From: an uncultured Candidatus Saccharibacteria bacterium
GTDB lineage: Bacteria > Patescibacteriota > Saccharimonadia > Saccharimonadales > CAZICT01
Assembly (NCBI GenBank): GCA_964537935.1
Contig: CAZICT010000001.1
Span: 277,553 to 341,552 of the forward strand
Direction of reading: 5' to 3'
Length of the DNA stretch: 64,000 nt
Positions 8,648-18,083 of the stretch are shown piece after piece; position 1 is the stretch's first letter; each line of letters opens with the position of its first letter. Both the position numbers and the translations under genes were made by a program. The notes beneath the pieces were generated by a model that made no database searches, had not been told where the DNA came from, and saw only the letters and a list, made by a program, of their open reading frames with translations.

Positions 8648-9946
8648 TTATACCTTGGCTATTTCCCAAAGCGGTGATACTTCGTCATGTAGTTTATCAA
8701 CAAACTCCATACCACAATTACTCAGTGCTCCCATGCCCCGGGTATTGTCAGCAAACATACCGCGCGAAATATCGATAATACGCTGCCGCGTAACTGCCTC
8801 TATGCGCTCCGGTATTTTGTAATAGTCATCAATATGCTCATCGAAGAAGTAGCGACCGCTGTAACCGGAGGCCGTACCATTAACCGTTTGACCGCTTCGC
8901 TGGTATCGACCTAACGCGTACTGTTTAGCAGCAGCAATATCTGCTTCAGCTATATCACCGTTAAATACGGCGTTGAGTTCATTCAGGATAATATCAAAGA
9001 GTGCGGGCGCGTTTTTAGGCATTACTTGAGCGCCAAACCACCAGTTGGTAGCGTCACGGGTTTGACCAAAACCTGAACTCATACCATATACCAAACCTCG
9101 CTCGCGAGCCGTGCCAAGAATTCTGGAATACAGGGTTTCTGTCAGCATAGTATTTATCAGGCTAAGGGCATCCGATTCCGGTTCGTCCATCCGCCGCTGC
9201 ATAAAGGTATCCAGATAGAAATACAGATTTTCTACTGTGTCGTTATGAATATACAGCGGAGCCTTGAGCAGCTTCGGTCGTTCGTGGGGCAGTTCAAGTC
9301 GTGCGTCGCCTTCCGGTAGCTCGATGTTTTCTATCAGCCCCTGCAATAATTTCTGACGTTTTGCCCTCAGATTACCGGCGATAACAAAACGCAGATTGTT
9401 AGTAGTGTGGGTGTTTTTGTAGTGCGCTCTGATGTCTTCAGTGTTGACGTTGTCCATCAGCAGTAGACGCTCTTGATCAGTCAGCACATAAAATCCGTAA
9501 GCTTCTCGCAGCGCAAGACTGAGGTGGCGGAAATGATTATTCGATCGCGCAGTCAACTCTTCGCGCACGTTGCCGAATTCGGCCAAAAATTCTTCTTCTA
9601 AAAACAGTGGTTTAGTGATGGCGGTCAACAACAGATCGGCAATGCGGTCCCACTCAAAATCAGCGCATTCGGCCTCATAGATAATGTCATAACTGCCAGT
9701 GCTGGCATTGCAATAAGCACCGTTTTTTTCAAACTCCGCCTGAAACGCTCTGGCCTTTGGAATTCTTTCGTTGGCACCCAGCAAGCAATGCTCCATCAGA
9801 TGTGGTGCTTCCCATTTTTCCTTATCTACCAAATACTCACCGGCACGGAAGTTAAATTCAAACGTCATTACCGTGGCATCCGGTACGTGGATAAATAATC
9901 CGCGGGCGCCATTATCTAGCGATACTTCCTGTACCGTGTGTTTCAT
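8648..9946 (-). CDS. M16-family (insulinase/pitrilysin-like) zinc peptidase
   Basis: 432 aa. Inverted zinc motif HxxEH (PHLMEHCLLG) near the N-terminus, with a downstream Glu-rich region. AAGGAG lies upstream of the ATG. Confidence 0.8.
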   Translation of the reverse strand: MKHTVQEVSLDNGARGLFIHVPDATVMTFEFNFRAGEYLVDKEKWEAPHLMEHCLLGANERIPKARAFQAEFEKNGAYCNASTGSYDIIYEAECADFEWDRIADLLLTAITKPLFLEEEFLAEFGNVREELTARSNNHFRHLSLALREAYGFYVLTDQERLLLMDNVNTEDIRAHYKNTHTTNNLRFVIAGNLRAKRQKLLQGLIENIELPEGDARLELPHERPKLLKAPLYIHNDTVENLYFYLDTFMQRRMDEPESDALSLINTMLTETLYSRILGTARERGLVYGMSSGFGQTRDATNWWFGAQVMPKNAPALFDIILNELNAVFNGDIAEADIAAAKQYALGRYQRSGQTVNGTASGYSGRYFFDEHIDDYYKIPERIEAVTRQRIIDISRGMFADNTRGMGALSNCGMEFVDKLHDEVSPLWEIAKV

Positions 9947-9955
9947 GAAGTCTCC

Positions 9956-12565
9956 TTATTTACGTTTCTTACTCTTAGCTTTTTGTTTGCGCTGTCGTTC
10001 TTGTTTGCGGGCTTTTTTACGTTTAGCAGTCTGAGTTTTCTTTGCTTCACGTTCTTGCTTGGCAGGTACGAAATCGGTCTCTACAAATTCTTCACCCTCC
10101 ACGATTTGGTCGGCGTTATCAACCGAAGCTCGGGCAGCCCTGGTTAATTCAGTCTCAATTGGACGATCAAGAGCTTCATTGGCAACCGGTTGAGCGTGGA
10201 AAAGTGTCCGCAACACGTCATGCCGTAGCGTAAGTTGCATTTCTTCAAACATACGTTGTGATTGACGGCGGTATTCAACAAGCGGATCGCGCTGCCCTAC
10301 AGACAGCCAACCGATACCCTGCCGCAGATGCTCCATATTCTCCAAGTGCTGCATCCACAGAGTATCCAGAACCTGCAGATAAACATCACGTTCGACTTTA
10401 CGCATAATTTCCGGTGTGAATGCAACTTCACGTGCTTCGTATAACTCGAGAGCTTCAGTTTTTAAAACATCTCCAAATTTATCGGCAGAGGTATCAAACA
10501 GTCTATCGAGTGTTTCTTCGTCAAACGGAAATACCTCTGTAACTATTGATTGGAACTGATCGCTGTAAAGTTGCGGTGAGCTTGCTAGTGCTTCAGCCTC
10601 GGACTCGATAAAAACCCGAATACGTTTTTTTATCTCAGCCTGCATAAGTATTTCACGGCGCATGGTGTAGGTTGCACGGCGATGTCGATTCATGACATCG
10701 TCGTACTGTACTACCGTCTTTCGAGCGTCGAAGTTATAGCCTTCAACTTTTTTCTGGGCACCTTCAAGTGTTTTGCTTATCATGCGGTTTTCAATAGGTG
10801 TATCATCGTCGACCCCAAGCCTGTCCATAATAGCGCTGACGCGGGCGCCGCCGAAAATACGCATAAGGTCATCCTCAGTACTGACGTAGAACTGAGACGC
10901 GCCCGGATCCCCCTGACGCCCTGACCGTCCACGAAGCTGATTATCGACTCGCCGTGATTCATTACGTTCTGTGCCAAGCACGAACAATCCACCGAGGTCT
11001 TTTACTCCCTCTCCTAAAACAATGTCAGTACCACGACCAGCAATGTTGGTGGCAAGTGTCACCGATCCCTTTTGTCCGGCTTTAGCCACGATCGAAGCTT
11101 CTCGTTCATTGTTTTTAGCATTGAGCACCTGGTGCGGTATTTTTGCTTTATCAAGCTCCTGACTCAACAGCTCATTCTTTTCGATAGAGTTGGTACCTAT
11201 AAGCACCGGTTGCCCCTTGGTGTGCAGAGCTTTGACATCATTAATTATGGCTTTGAATTTGGCCTTTTCTGTACGGTATATCCTGTCCGTTTTGTCGTCA
11301 CGGACGATCGGCTTGTTCGGCGGTATTTCCAAAACGTCAAGTTTATAGATTTGATGAAATTCCTCGCTCTCGGTAGCTGCCGTACCGGTCATACCGGCTA
11401 ACTTTTCATACAACCTGAAGTAGTTCTGGAATGAAATTGTCGCAAGCGTCATAGATTCTTCTTGAACCTCTACGCCTTCTTTTGCTTCGATTGCTTGGTG
11501 CAGCCCTTCGTTATAACGCCGGCCCTTTAATAACCTACCCGTAAATTCATCGACGATTACTACTTCGCCGTCACTCGTGACCACATAGTCCTTGTCTCGC
11601 TTAAAGAGAGCTTGGGCTTTGAGTGCCTGCTCAAGATGATAGATAGTGCGAATATTGTTAACGTCGTAAAGATTATCAATACCCAGGATTTTCTCAACCT
11701 TATCCACGCCCTCGTCAGTAAGTACTGCTGACCGGCGCTTTTCGTCTACATCGTAGTGTTCGTCTTTTTTGAGTTGTCGTACAACTTTTGTGAACTGGGC
11801 ATAAGAAGCGCCGCTTGTAACCGAAGGTGCGGAAATAATCAAAGGTGTTCTGGCTTCGTCGATTAAAATCGAGTCAACTTCGTCTACGATCGCATAGTGC
11901 AGATCACGTTGACGCAACTGGTCGACCTCACGAACCATATTATCGCGTAGATAATCAAACCCGAACTCATTGTTGGTCCCATAGGTAATGTCAGCTTTGT
12001 ATGCCTCTTGTCGGGTACAAGGCTTGAGGTGCCGAAAGCGTGGATCGTCATGCTCCTCGTTTGTAAAAGATTCGTCATATATATATGAGTGATCGGCAAT
12101 TATAACTCCGACCGACAAGCCTAGAAAGTTATAAACCTGCCCCATCCATCCGGCATCGCGTTGAGCCAGATAATCGTTCACGGTCACAAGGTGTGCACCC
12201 TTGGCAGTCAACGCATTGAGATATATCGGCAATGTAGCGACCAATGTTTTACCCTCACCGGTTTTCATCTCAGCAACCTTGCCTTCATGCAGTGCCATGC
12301 CGCCGATAAGCTGTACGTCGAAGTGACGCATGCCTAATACCCGCCTGGCTGATTCGCGAACAAGTGCAAAAGCATCAGGTAAGATTTTGTCGAGCGACTC
12401 ATCCTTAAGGCGCTTTTTCAGCACTTCAGTTTGAGACCGAAGCTTCTTTTCCGACATTTTTTTATACGTGTCTTCGAGAGCGTTAATATCCTTAACGCGT
12501 TTACGTAACCTTTTTACAGTTCTGACCTGCGGGTCGCCTAAGACCCGTTTAAGTGCTTTTTTCAC
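9956..12565 (-). CDS. secA: Preprotein translocase ATPase SecA
   Basis: 869 aa. Motor motifs MKTGEGKT, DEVDSILIDEARTPLIIS and TNIAGRGTDI. The C-terminus is a Lys/Arg-rich tail (KKTQTAKRKKARKQERQRKQKAKSKKRK) with no Cys-rich zinc-finger motif. GTG start. Confidence 0.97.
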   Translation of the reverse strand: MKKALKRVLGDPQVRTVKRLRKRVKDINALEDTYKKMSEKKLRSQTEVLKKRLKDESLDKILPDAFALVRESARRVLGMRHFDVQLIGGMALHEGKVAEMKTGEGKTLVATLPIYLNALTAKGAHLVTVNDYLAQRDAGWMGQVYNFLGLSVGVIIADHSYIYDESFTNEEHDDPRFRHLKPCTRQEAYKADITYGTNNEFGFDYLRDNMVREVDQLRQRDLHYAIVDEVDSILIDEARTPLIISAPSVTSGASYAQFTKVVRQLKKDEHYDVDEKRRSAVLTDEGVDKVEKILGIDNLYDVNNIRTIYHLEQALKAQALFKRDKDYVVTSDGEVVIVDEFTGRLLKGRRYNEGLHQAIEAKEGVEVQEESMTLATISFQNYFRLYEKLAGMTGTAATESEEFHQIYKLDVLEIPPNKPIVRDDKTDRIYRTEKAKFKAIINDVKALHTKGQPVLIGTNSIEKNELLSQELDKAKIPHQVLNAKNNEREASIVAKAGQKGSVTLATNIAGRGTDIVLGEGVKDLGGLFVLGTERNESRRVDNQLRGRSGRQGDPGASQFYVSTEDDLMRIFGGARVSAIMDRLGVDDDTPIENRMISKTLEGAQKKVEGYNFDARKTVVQYDDVMNRHRRATYTMRREILMQAEIKKRIRVFIESEAEALASSPQLYSDQFQSIVTEVFPFDEETLDRLFDTSADKFGDVLKTEALELYEAREVAFTPEIMRKVERDVYLQVLDTLWMQHLENMEHLRQGIGWLSVGQRDPLVEYRRQSQRMFEEMQLTLRHDVLRTLFHAQPVANEALDRPIETELTRAARASVDNADQIVEGEEFVETDFVPAKQEREAKKTQTAKRKKARKQERQRKQKAKSKKRK

Positions 12566-12655
12566 AGTTACTCTCCCTACTTATCAGATGGCGGTCTTTA
12601 GAATGTGATACATGACATTGTAACGCATCAGGGGTGATAATTGCCACGTATTTTT

Positions 12656-13021
12656 TTAGGAAACTCTACGACGGCGCAATCGGTTAATAACCTTGCGGTG
12701 AATCCGAAGACTGGAGTGCAGTTCCTTATATTTTTTAAGACGATTTTTTAGCTTGGTCTCTACGATATCCACCGCCGCAAACATGTTCATTGTAGTTTCA
12801 GAAACCGTAATAGTATCCCGTGGAAGCCGCATAACAACTTCACAAGTACATTCTTTGCGCATCTTGATTTTCTTTTCTTTCAAAAAGACTTCTACATGAG
12901 CTGGTTCACGTGCATGTCGGGGCATGAACCGATCAAGTTTTCCAATTTTTCTAAGTACGTATTTCTGTAAATCTGCGCCGACATCCATGTGAACACCGCT
13001 GATTTCTAACTTTTGTATCAT
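12656..13021 (-). CDS. hpf: Ribosome hibernation promoting factor / RaiA-family protein (short form)
   Basis: 121 aa. N-terminus typical of the sigma54-modulation/HPF fold (ISGVHMDVGADLQKYVLRKIGKLDRF), with a basic C-terminal tail. AGGAGG lies upstream. Confidence 0.72.
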   Translation of the reverse strand: MIQKLEISGVHMDVGADLQKYVLRKIGKLDRFMPRHAREPAHVEVFLKEKKIKMRKECTCEVVMRLPRDTITVSETTMNMFAAVDIVETKLKNRLKKYKELHSSLRIHRKVINRLRRRRVS

Positions 13022-13068
13022 AAGACCTCCTATCGCTTGAAGTTTGTTTAAGAACCGGGATTTACGGA

Positions 13069-14373
13069 TTAGATCCTAGTTATTCCGCCCATGTACGGTA
13101 CCAGCACTTCAGGTACCATTATACCGCCATCCTCAGTTTGACAATTCTCAATTATCGCTACAATTATGCGTCCGAGGGCAAAAGCCGTCGCATCATTAGT
13201 GTGAGCCAATTCGACTTCACCGCTACTGCGGCGAAACCTTGTTTGCAGACGCCGTGTTTGGTAATCAGTCATATAGTCGGCAGTATGTGTTTCTCGATAT
13301 TTATTCTGACCGGGCATCCAAATATTAATATCCACACCCCGGGCATTTGGCTTACCGATGTCTGCAGTGCATTTATTTAGTAGTTCGTATGGTAATTTGA
13401 GCTGCTGCACCAGAAACTCTTGGATTGCAATGAAGAAACGGTGTTCTTCCAGCCCTATGTCAGCTACCGTGAAGCTCTCCATTTCCAGTTTATCGAATTG
13501 ATGCATCCGGATTATACCTTCGGTATCTTTGCCGTAAGTTCCGGCTTCGCGGCGGAAACTGGTGGCGTAACCCAAAAACCGGCGAACAGGACCACCGTCA
13601 TTCTCGTCCAGTATTTCACCGGAATACATTGAACCCAATACGTGTTCAGCGCTTCCCTGTAGCCATAAGTCTTCACCTTCGATCTTATATCGGTCTTCAC
13701 TAGGCTCAAGGCGATCCATCGCGTCGTAGAGATCGGTTTTTATCATATAGGGCGGCAGTATCGGGACGAAAGCAGTAGCCGGAACAGACAGTTCATTGTC
13801 GCGGATAATTGCACTCAATGTTTCTTCATCAGTTAGAGCATTTACGACGAACTGCATTATGGCTAATTGTAACTTCACTAGGTCGCCCTTTATATACGCG
13901 AAACGGCTGCCCGTTACTTTTGCGGCTCTCTCTTTATCGATCAATCCGCGGGCTTCAGCCAACTCCCAGTGTGACTTCGGTTCAAAGTCGAACCGTGACT
14001 TTTCTCCCCAGGTTTTGACTACGACGTTTTCCTTTTCACTCGTACCAACCGGCACATCATCTAGGGGAAGGTTCGGCACTTGCTTAAGCAGCGTGGCATA
14101 TTTTTCTTCGATGCGCTGAAGATCGTTTTCCAGGTTATTAATTTCCTCTTTTAGTTGTCGCCCTTCAGCTATTTCTTCCTCTGTAGGTTTACGCTTTTTT
14201 AACTCTGCTGAGAGCGTATTACGCCGCGCCCGAAGCTCTTCAATCTGCGTAACACGTGTACGTCGCTCGGTATCCAGCTCTAAGATCTGTCGTACTTCTA
14301 CGTTATAGCCTTTTTGCTTAGACTTTTTAGCTACTAGTTCAGGATTATCCCGAATAATCTGTATATCAATCAT
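13069..14373 (-). CDS. serS: Seryl-tRNA synthetase
   Basis: 434 aa. N-terminal coiled-coil tRNA-binding arm and a class II core (FRREAGTYGKDTEGIIRMHQF). Confidence 0.95.
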   Translation of the reverse strand: MIDIQIIRDNPELVAKKSKQKGYNVEVRQILELDTERRTRVTQIEELRARRNTLSAELKKRKPTEEEIAEGRQLKEEINNLENDLQRIEEKYATLLKQVPNLPLDDVPVGTSEKENVVVKTWGEKSRFDFEPKSHWELAEARGLIDKERAAKVTGSRFAYIKGDLVKLQLAIMQFVVNALTDEETLSAIIRDNELSVPATAFVPILPPYMIKTDLYDAMDRLEPSEDRYKIEGEDLWLQGSAEHVLGSMYSGEILDENDGGPVRRFLGYATSFRREAGTYGKDTEGIIRMHQFDKLEMESFTVADIGLEEHRFFIAIQEFLVQQLKLPYELLNKCTADIGKPNARGVDINIWMPGQNKYRETHTADYMTDYQTRRLQTRFRRSSGEVELAHTNDATAFALGRIIVAIIENCQTEDGGIMVPEVLVPYMGGITRI

Positions 14374-14507
14374 ACTTAAATTATAGTCACACTACGTCTA
14401 TGAAACAAAAACTAAAGTCTACTTTACTAGATTTTAGTTAATAGGCTGTTATATTTCTATCAATGCCGGCAGATTATACACATTATTGAAAGATCGAGGA
14501 GATAAAT

Positions 14508-15218
14508 ATGAGTCACGAGATAGCAATACATCACGCCCAAACAAGTATACTGCGCGAACTCCTGTTTCACCCAAACGCAGGCTACACCGAACTACAAAAG
14601 CCAACTGGCCTAAGTAGCGACCACTTCAATTTCCATATTAATCGACTTATCGAGCTGGGACACGTCGAGAAGTTAAGCCGTGGACGTTACAGTTTAACGC
14701 CAAGAGGTAAGGAGTATGCAAATAGGCTTGATACCGACAACAACACTGTCGAACGCCAGCCAAAGTCTGCGGTAATACTCGCACTTGAACGTGAACGAAA
14801 CGGACAAAAAGAGTTTTTGTTCCAAGAACGCCTTAAAAATCCGTACTTCGGATTTTGGGGCCTACCGAGTGGCAAGATACGGTGGGGCGAAACAATAATT
14901 GAAACCGCTTAAAGAGAATCGCTGGAAGAGACAGGTCTCAATGCGGATTTTGAGGTAAAAGGTGTGTATCACGAGCACGTACTCCAAGATGAGACTGAAG
15001 AAATGCTAGAAGATAAAATCTTCTTTGTGGTGCGCGGCACCAACCTTACCGGTACTTTACTGGAGTCGTTTGAAGGAGGCCGTAACAAATGGATGACATT
15101 CGAAGCCGCATTCAGAAAAGAAAAGAAATTCGTAAGCTTTAAGAAAGAGCTGGATATCTTGGATTCCGAGTCTTGGCTTGTCGAACAAACTGTACGTTAT
15201 TCAAAAGATAAGTTCTAA
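14508..15218 (+). pseudogene. Winged-helix plus Nudix hydrolase gene interrupted by one in-frame TAA inside the Nudix box
   Basis: ORFs 14508-14912 and 14964-15218 are in the same frame. Reading through TAA at 14910-14912 gives GKIRWGETIIETA*RESLEETGL. This fits GX5EX7REUXEEXGU exactly, with the stop at the last X7 position. GAGGAG lies upstream of the ATG. Confidence 0.6.
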
Positions 15219-15219
15219 C

Positions 15220-15999
15220 TTACTTGCGAGACTGCAGTGCGGCAATAGTGAGCTTTGTGCGCTCTCGAGCATAGGCGCAATGTTCGCATTCCCCGCCCAT
15301 AATGCTGACGCCGACCGGCGGCATGTCGCCCTCCATACACTGCTTCATTTCATAAATTGTTTGCTCCACCCAGTCAGTAGAACCGGTGTGTGGAATGACT
15401 TTGGTTACAAATTCTACCCGATCATTAAATCCGTCCAGATCCATCCGGCCGTTTGTATACACAAAGTATCCAATGTCGCTTACCTCAAAGTCATTCTGCC
15501 TAAGTAGCCACTGATAAATCTCCATCTGTCGTTTGTAACTCGCCTGCCAGTCAGCATCTAGATTCACTTCCTTGTCTTTGGCGGTTGCCTTGTAGTCCAC
15601 AACTATTATTTTTCCGTCTTCATCTATCCAAAGATCGTCAACCGCACCGAATAAGTGAAGGTTAGTGGCTTTATGGATATGCACAACACCCGTAAAGTTA
15701 TGTCGCCATTTATCCATATCCGCATGATCAAACGGAACGGCTTTAATATTGTTTTCTACCATGAGAGGGTGCGGCTGCCGTTTTTTGCGATAACCATCAA
15801 ATTCTTTCTTAAATAGTTCGTCAATCGCTTTATTAATCTGAAAAGGCGGTGAGCTTGGCCGCTTTATCTTGAGTCGCACGTCAAGCCAAAAGCAACGCGG
15901 GCACTGGGTAAACAGCTCGATCTTGCTGCGACTTACCTTAAATGGCGTCGACTGCCCCGGTCGATACGGTATACTTCGTTCCCTCCAATAGTTTCCCAT
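15220..15999 (-). CDS. PD-(D/E)XK nuclease superfamily protein, Cas4/RecB-like, with Cys cluster
   Basis: 259 aa. N-terminal CPRC (C33, C36). Nuclease motifs are GAVDD, VVDYK (D-x-K) and QMEIY (QxxxY). C-terminal cysteines are C221 and CEHC (C238, C241). Confidence 0.6.
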   Translation of the reverse strand: MGNYWRERSIPYRPGQSTPFKVSRSKIELFTQCPRCFWLDVRLKIKRPSSPPFQINKAIDELFKKEFDGYRKKRQPHPLMVENNIKAVPFDHADMDKWRHNFTGVVHIHKATNLHLFGAVDDLWIDEDGKIIVVDYKATAKDKEVNLDADWQASYKRQMEIYQWLLRQNDFEVSDIGYFVYTNGRMDLDGFNDRVEFVTKVIPHTGSTDWVEQTIYEMKQCMEGDMPPVGVSIMGGECEHCAYARERTKLTIAALQSRK

Positions 16000-16050
16000 A
16001 GTCTTATATTGTAGCTTACTTGCGCTTAGCTTTTAACCGGTCTGCCGGAT

Positions 16051-16737
16051 TTATTGTGCAAGCAATTGAGTGGCTGCAGCAACGCATGCGGTTTCAGCAC
16101 GTAATGTAAAATCGCTAAGTCCGATGCCTTTTACGTTTTGGCTGGCAAGATATTCTTTTTCGGAATCTGACCATCCGCCTTCCGGCCCAATAAATACGGC
16201 AGCCGTTTCAAATGTTGTGTCCGGTCCTTCCTGCCCCTGTTCGCAAACAAATAAGATCGCCGAATCTTTGAGCTGCTCAATGATAGTTGTCAGCAGTATC
16301 GGTTCACGCAGCGAAGGAATATCGCTACGTCCGCATTGTTCGCTTGCTTCAATTACTATTCTCTCGGCTCGCTCAATGTTAAACCCGGTTTTCTCCGATT
16401 TTTCTGCCAAAATCGGTATAAAGTGGCGCACGCCCAGTTCTGTTCCCTTCTGGAGCACCCAATCGTTTTTATCTTTTTTCAGTAAAGACCAACAAAGATA
16501 CAGCTCTTTACTTGGAATTTGGCGTTCAAAATCCGTAATATGTTGAAGACGTGCTTCATTCGCGTCAAGCTGTGTAATCTCATATAGCCGTTCATGCACT
16601 AACCCATCAAACAACACCACTTGCTGCCCGGGTCGATAACGAAAAACTTTAAACCACTGATGAATGATCGCCTTATCGTGTAACCAAAAATTGTGCTTTA
16701 GCTCGGTGGAGTTAATATAGAATCTGTGTAAACGCAT
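16051..16737 (-). CDS. rsmE: 16S rRNA (uracil1498-N3)-methyltransferase, RsmE family
   Basis: 228 aa. MRLHRFYI N-terminus with a PUA-like domain. C-terminal SPOUT-type region FIGPEGGWS. Confidence 0.85.
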   Translation of the reverse strand: MRLHRFYINSTELKHNFWLHDKAIIHQWFKVFRYRPGQQVVLFDGLVHERLYEITQLDANEARLQHITDFERQIPSKELYLCWSLLKKDKNDWVLQKGTELGVRHFIPILAEKSEKTGFNIERAERIVIEASEQCGRSDIPSLREPILLTTIIEQLKDSAILFVCEQGQEGPDTTFETAAVFIGPEGGWSDSEKEYLASQNVKGIGLSDFTLRAETACVAAATQLLAQ

Positions 16738-16745
16738 ATTCCATA

Positions 16746-17282
16746 TTAGTTGGTTAAGCTTCTGTCGAAGAGCTGGTAATCCGAAGGAAGGCTGTTGTAG
16801 TCGTAGTCGTCAAAAATGCTTGAACGAACACGCTCTTTTACGGTTTGACAGTTTTTACCCGCTTTGTGAGTGTAAAAATTTCTGAGTGAGTACGTTTCGT
16901 AATCATCATCGTAAAAGTCATCGTAGTAACTGCTGCCTTGGCCCGTAGACTGCAGCGCACTTCCAAAAATCACTGAAGATGGATCGCCGTATGATGAGAA
17001 ACTTGTCGCTTCATTGAATTCAGCACAAAACTCGTATGTTCCATTGGAATTTTCGGTATAAGTAATAGTTGACGGGATGTCATCAACGTTAAGATCGTCT
17101 AATGTCTTCGGGATTTTACCGTTATTGTCAGCTTTATATTCGTTAAAGGCGGTAACCACTTCTCTGACTTTGCGCTCAGTGATTTTATCCTGTCGTCCGG
17201 CTACAGCTTTGCTGATTACCAGCCCGCTTACGCCCAAGCTCACAAGTGCAACTATCAATATTCCTATGTAGTATTTTTTCAT
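16746..17282 (-). CDS. Hypothetical membrane-anchored exported protein
   Basis: 178 aa. One N-terminal TM/signal helix (YYIGILIVALVSLGVSGLVI). The remainder has no motif I recognise. Confidence 0.5.
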   Translation of the reverse strand: MKKYYIGILIVALVSLGVSGLVISKAVAGRQDKITERKVREVVTAFNEYKADNNGKIPKTLDDLNVDDIPSTITYTENSNGTYEFCAEFNEATSFSSYGDPSSVIFGSALQSTGQGSSYYDDFYDDDYETYSLRNFYTHKAGKNCQTVKERVRSSIFDDYDYNSLPSDYQLFDRSLTN

Positions 17283-17284
17283 TT

Positions 17285-18022
17285 TTACCCCTGTAATGCG
17301 GCGTTACGGTGTTCATCGAACCAGTAATAGACTAATACGCCGCCGGCGATTGCAAGCACCACCAACAAGCCCAGGAAAGACTTAACGATTGATGCTCCTT
17401 CTGCTCCGCCAAACTTGGCAAGAACACTATAGACAAACGCGATTAGATTAAAGAAACATGTTATAAAAGCGAGTATCTGTGTAATTTGCGAAAGGCGTCG
17501 CTTGGACGGCTCCATGCGAAGCTTTGGATCTTGAAGCTCGGCTTTGCGAAGTCGTAAGAAGAACAACGCAAAAATTGGCAGACTCACTAAAAGCAACGCC
17601 AAAGGAAATGCCAGAGTATCAAAACTTGTCATTCCGTTAATCAGCATCAAAATCATAAAAATGAGCGAACCGGCAGTAAACCAAAGAGCTACAGACATCA
17701 TGACGTATTCGACACCGCGGACACTTAAGACTTTGATTACCGGCATAGGCACATCAGAGAATCGATCGAATGATTCTGAGTCTTCACTGGGTAGAGAATC
17801 CGAAAAATTACCACCCACAAACCCACTGGCAGTCGAAACTGGTGGTTGAGAAAAAGAGCTTACCGCTGGTGGTTCTACGGTGGGTTGCGGCGCTACGCCA
17901 GAATCAGTCGGATTAAGAGGCGTAGTCGACGGATTATTCGGGGTCGAGGTTGTTAAATTTTGAGTAGGCGACGAACTGACGGCCGGTTGGTTTCCGGTCG
18001 CATCTGTATGTTTTGGCCCCAT
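17285..18022 (-). CDS. Hypothetical integral membrane protein with Pro/Ser/Thr-rich N-terminal region
   Basis: 245 aa. About 90 aa of low-complexity P/S/T N-terminus, followed by about 4 predicted TM helices. Confidence 0.5.
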   Translation of the reverse strand: MGPKHTDATGNQPAVSSSPTQNLTTSTPNNPSTTPLNPTDSGVAPQPTVEPPAVSSFSQPPVSTASGFVGGNFSDSLPSEDSESFDRFSDVPMPVIKVLSVRGVEYVMMSVALWFTAGSLIFMILMLINGMTSFDTLAFPLALLLVSLPIFALFFLRLRKAELQDPKLRMEPSKRRLSQITQILAFITCFFNLIAFVYSVLAKFGGAEGASIVKSFLGLLVVLAIAGGVLVYYWFDEHRNAALQG

Positions 18023-18083
18023 AGAATTATCCTTATGGTTAGTTATTTATCAGAAGTATAGCAAACTTTTTTTGATTGGCTCA

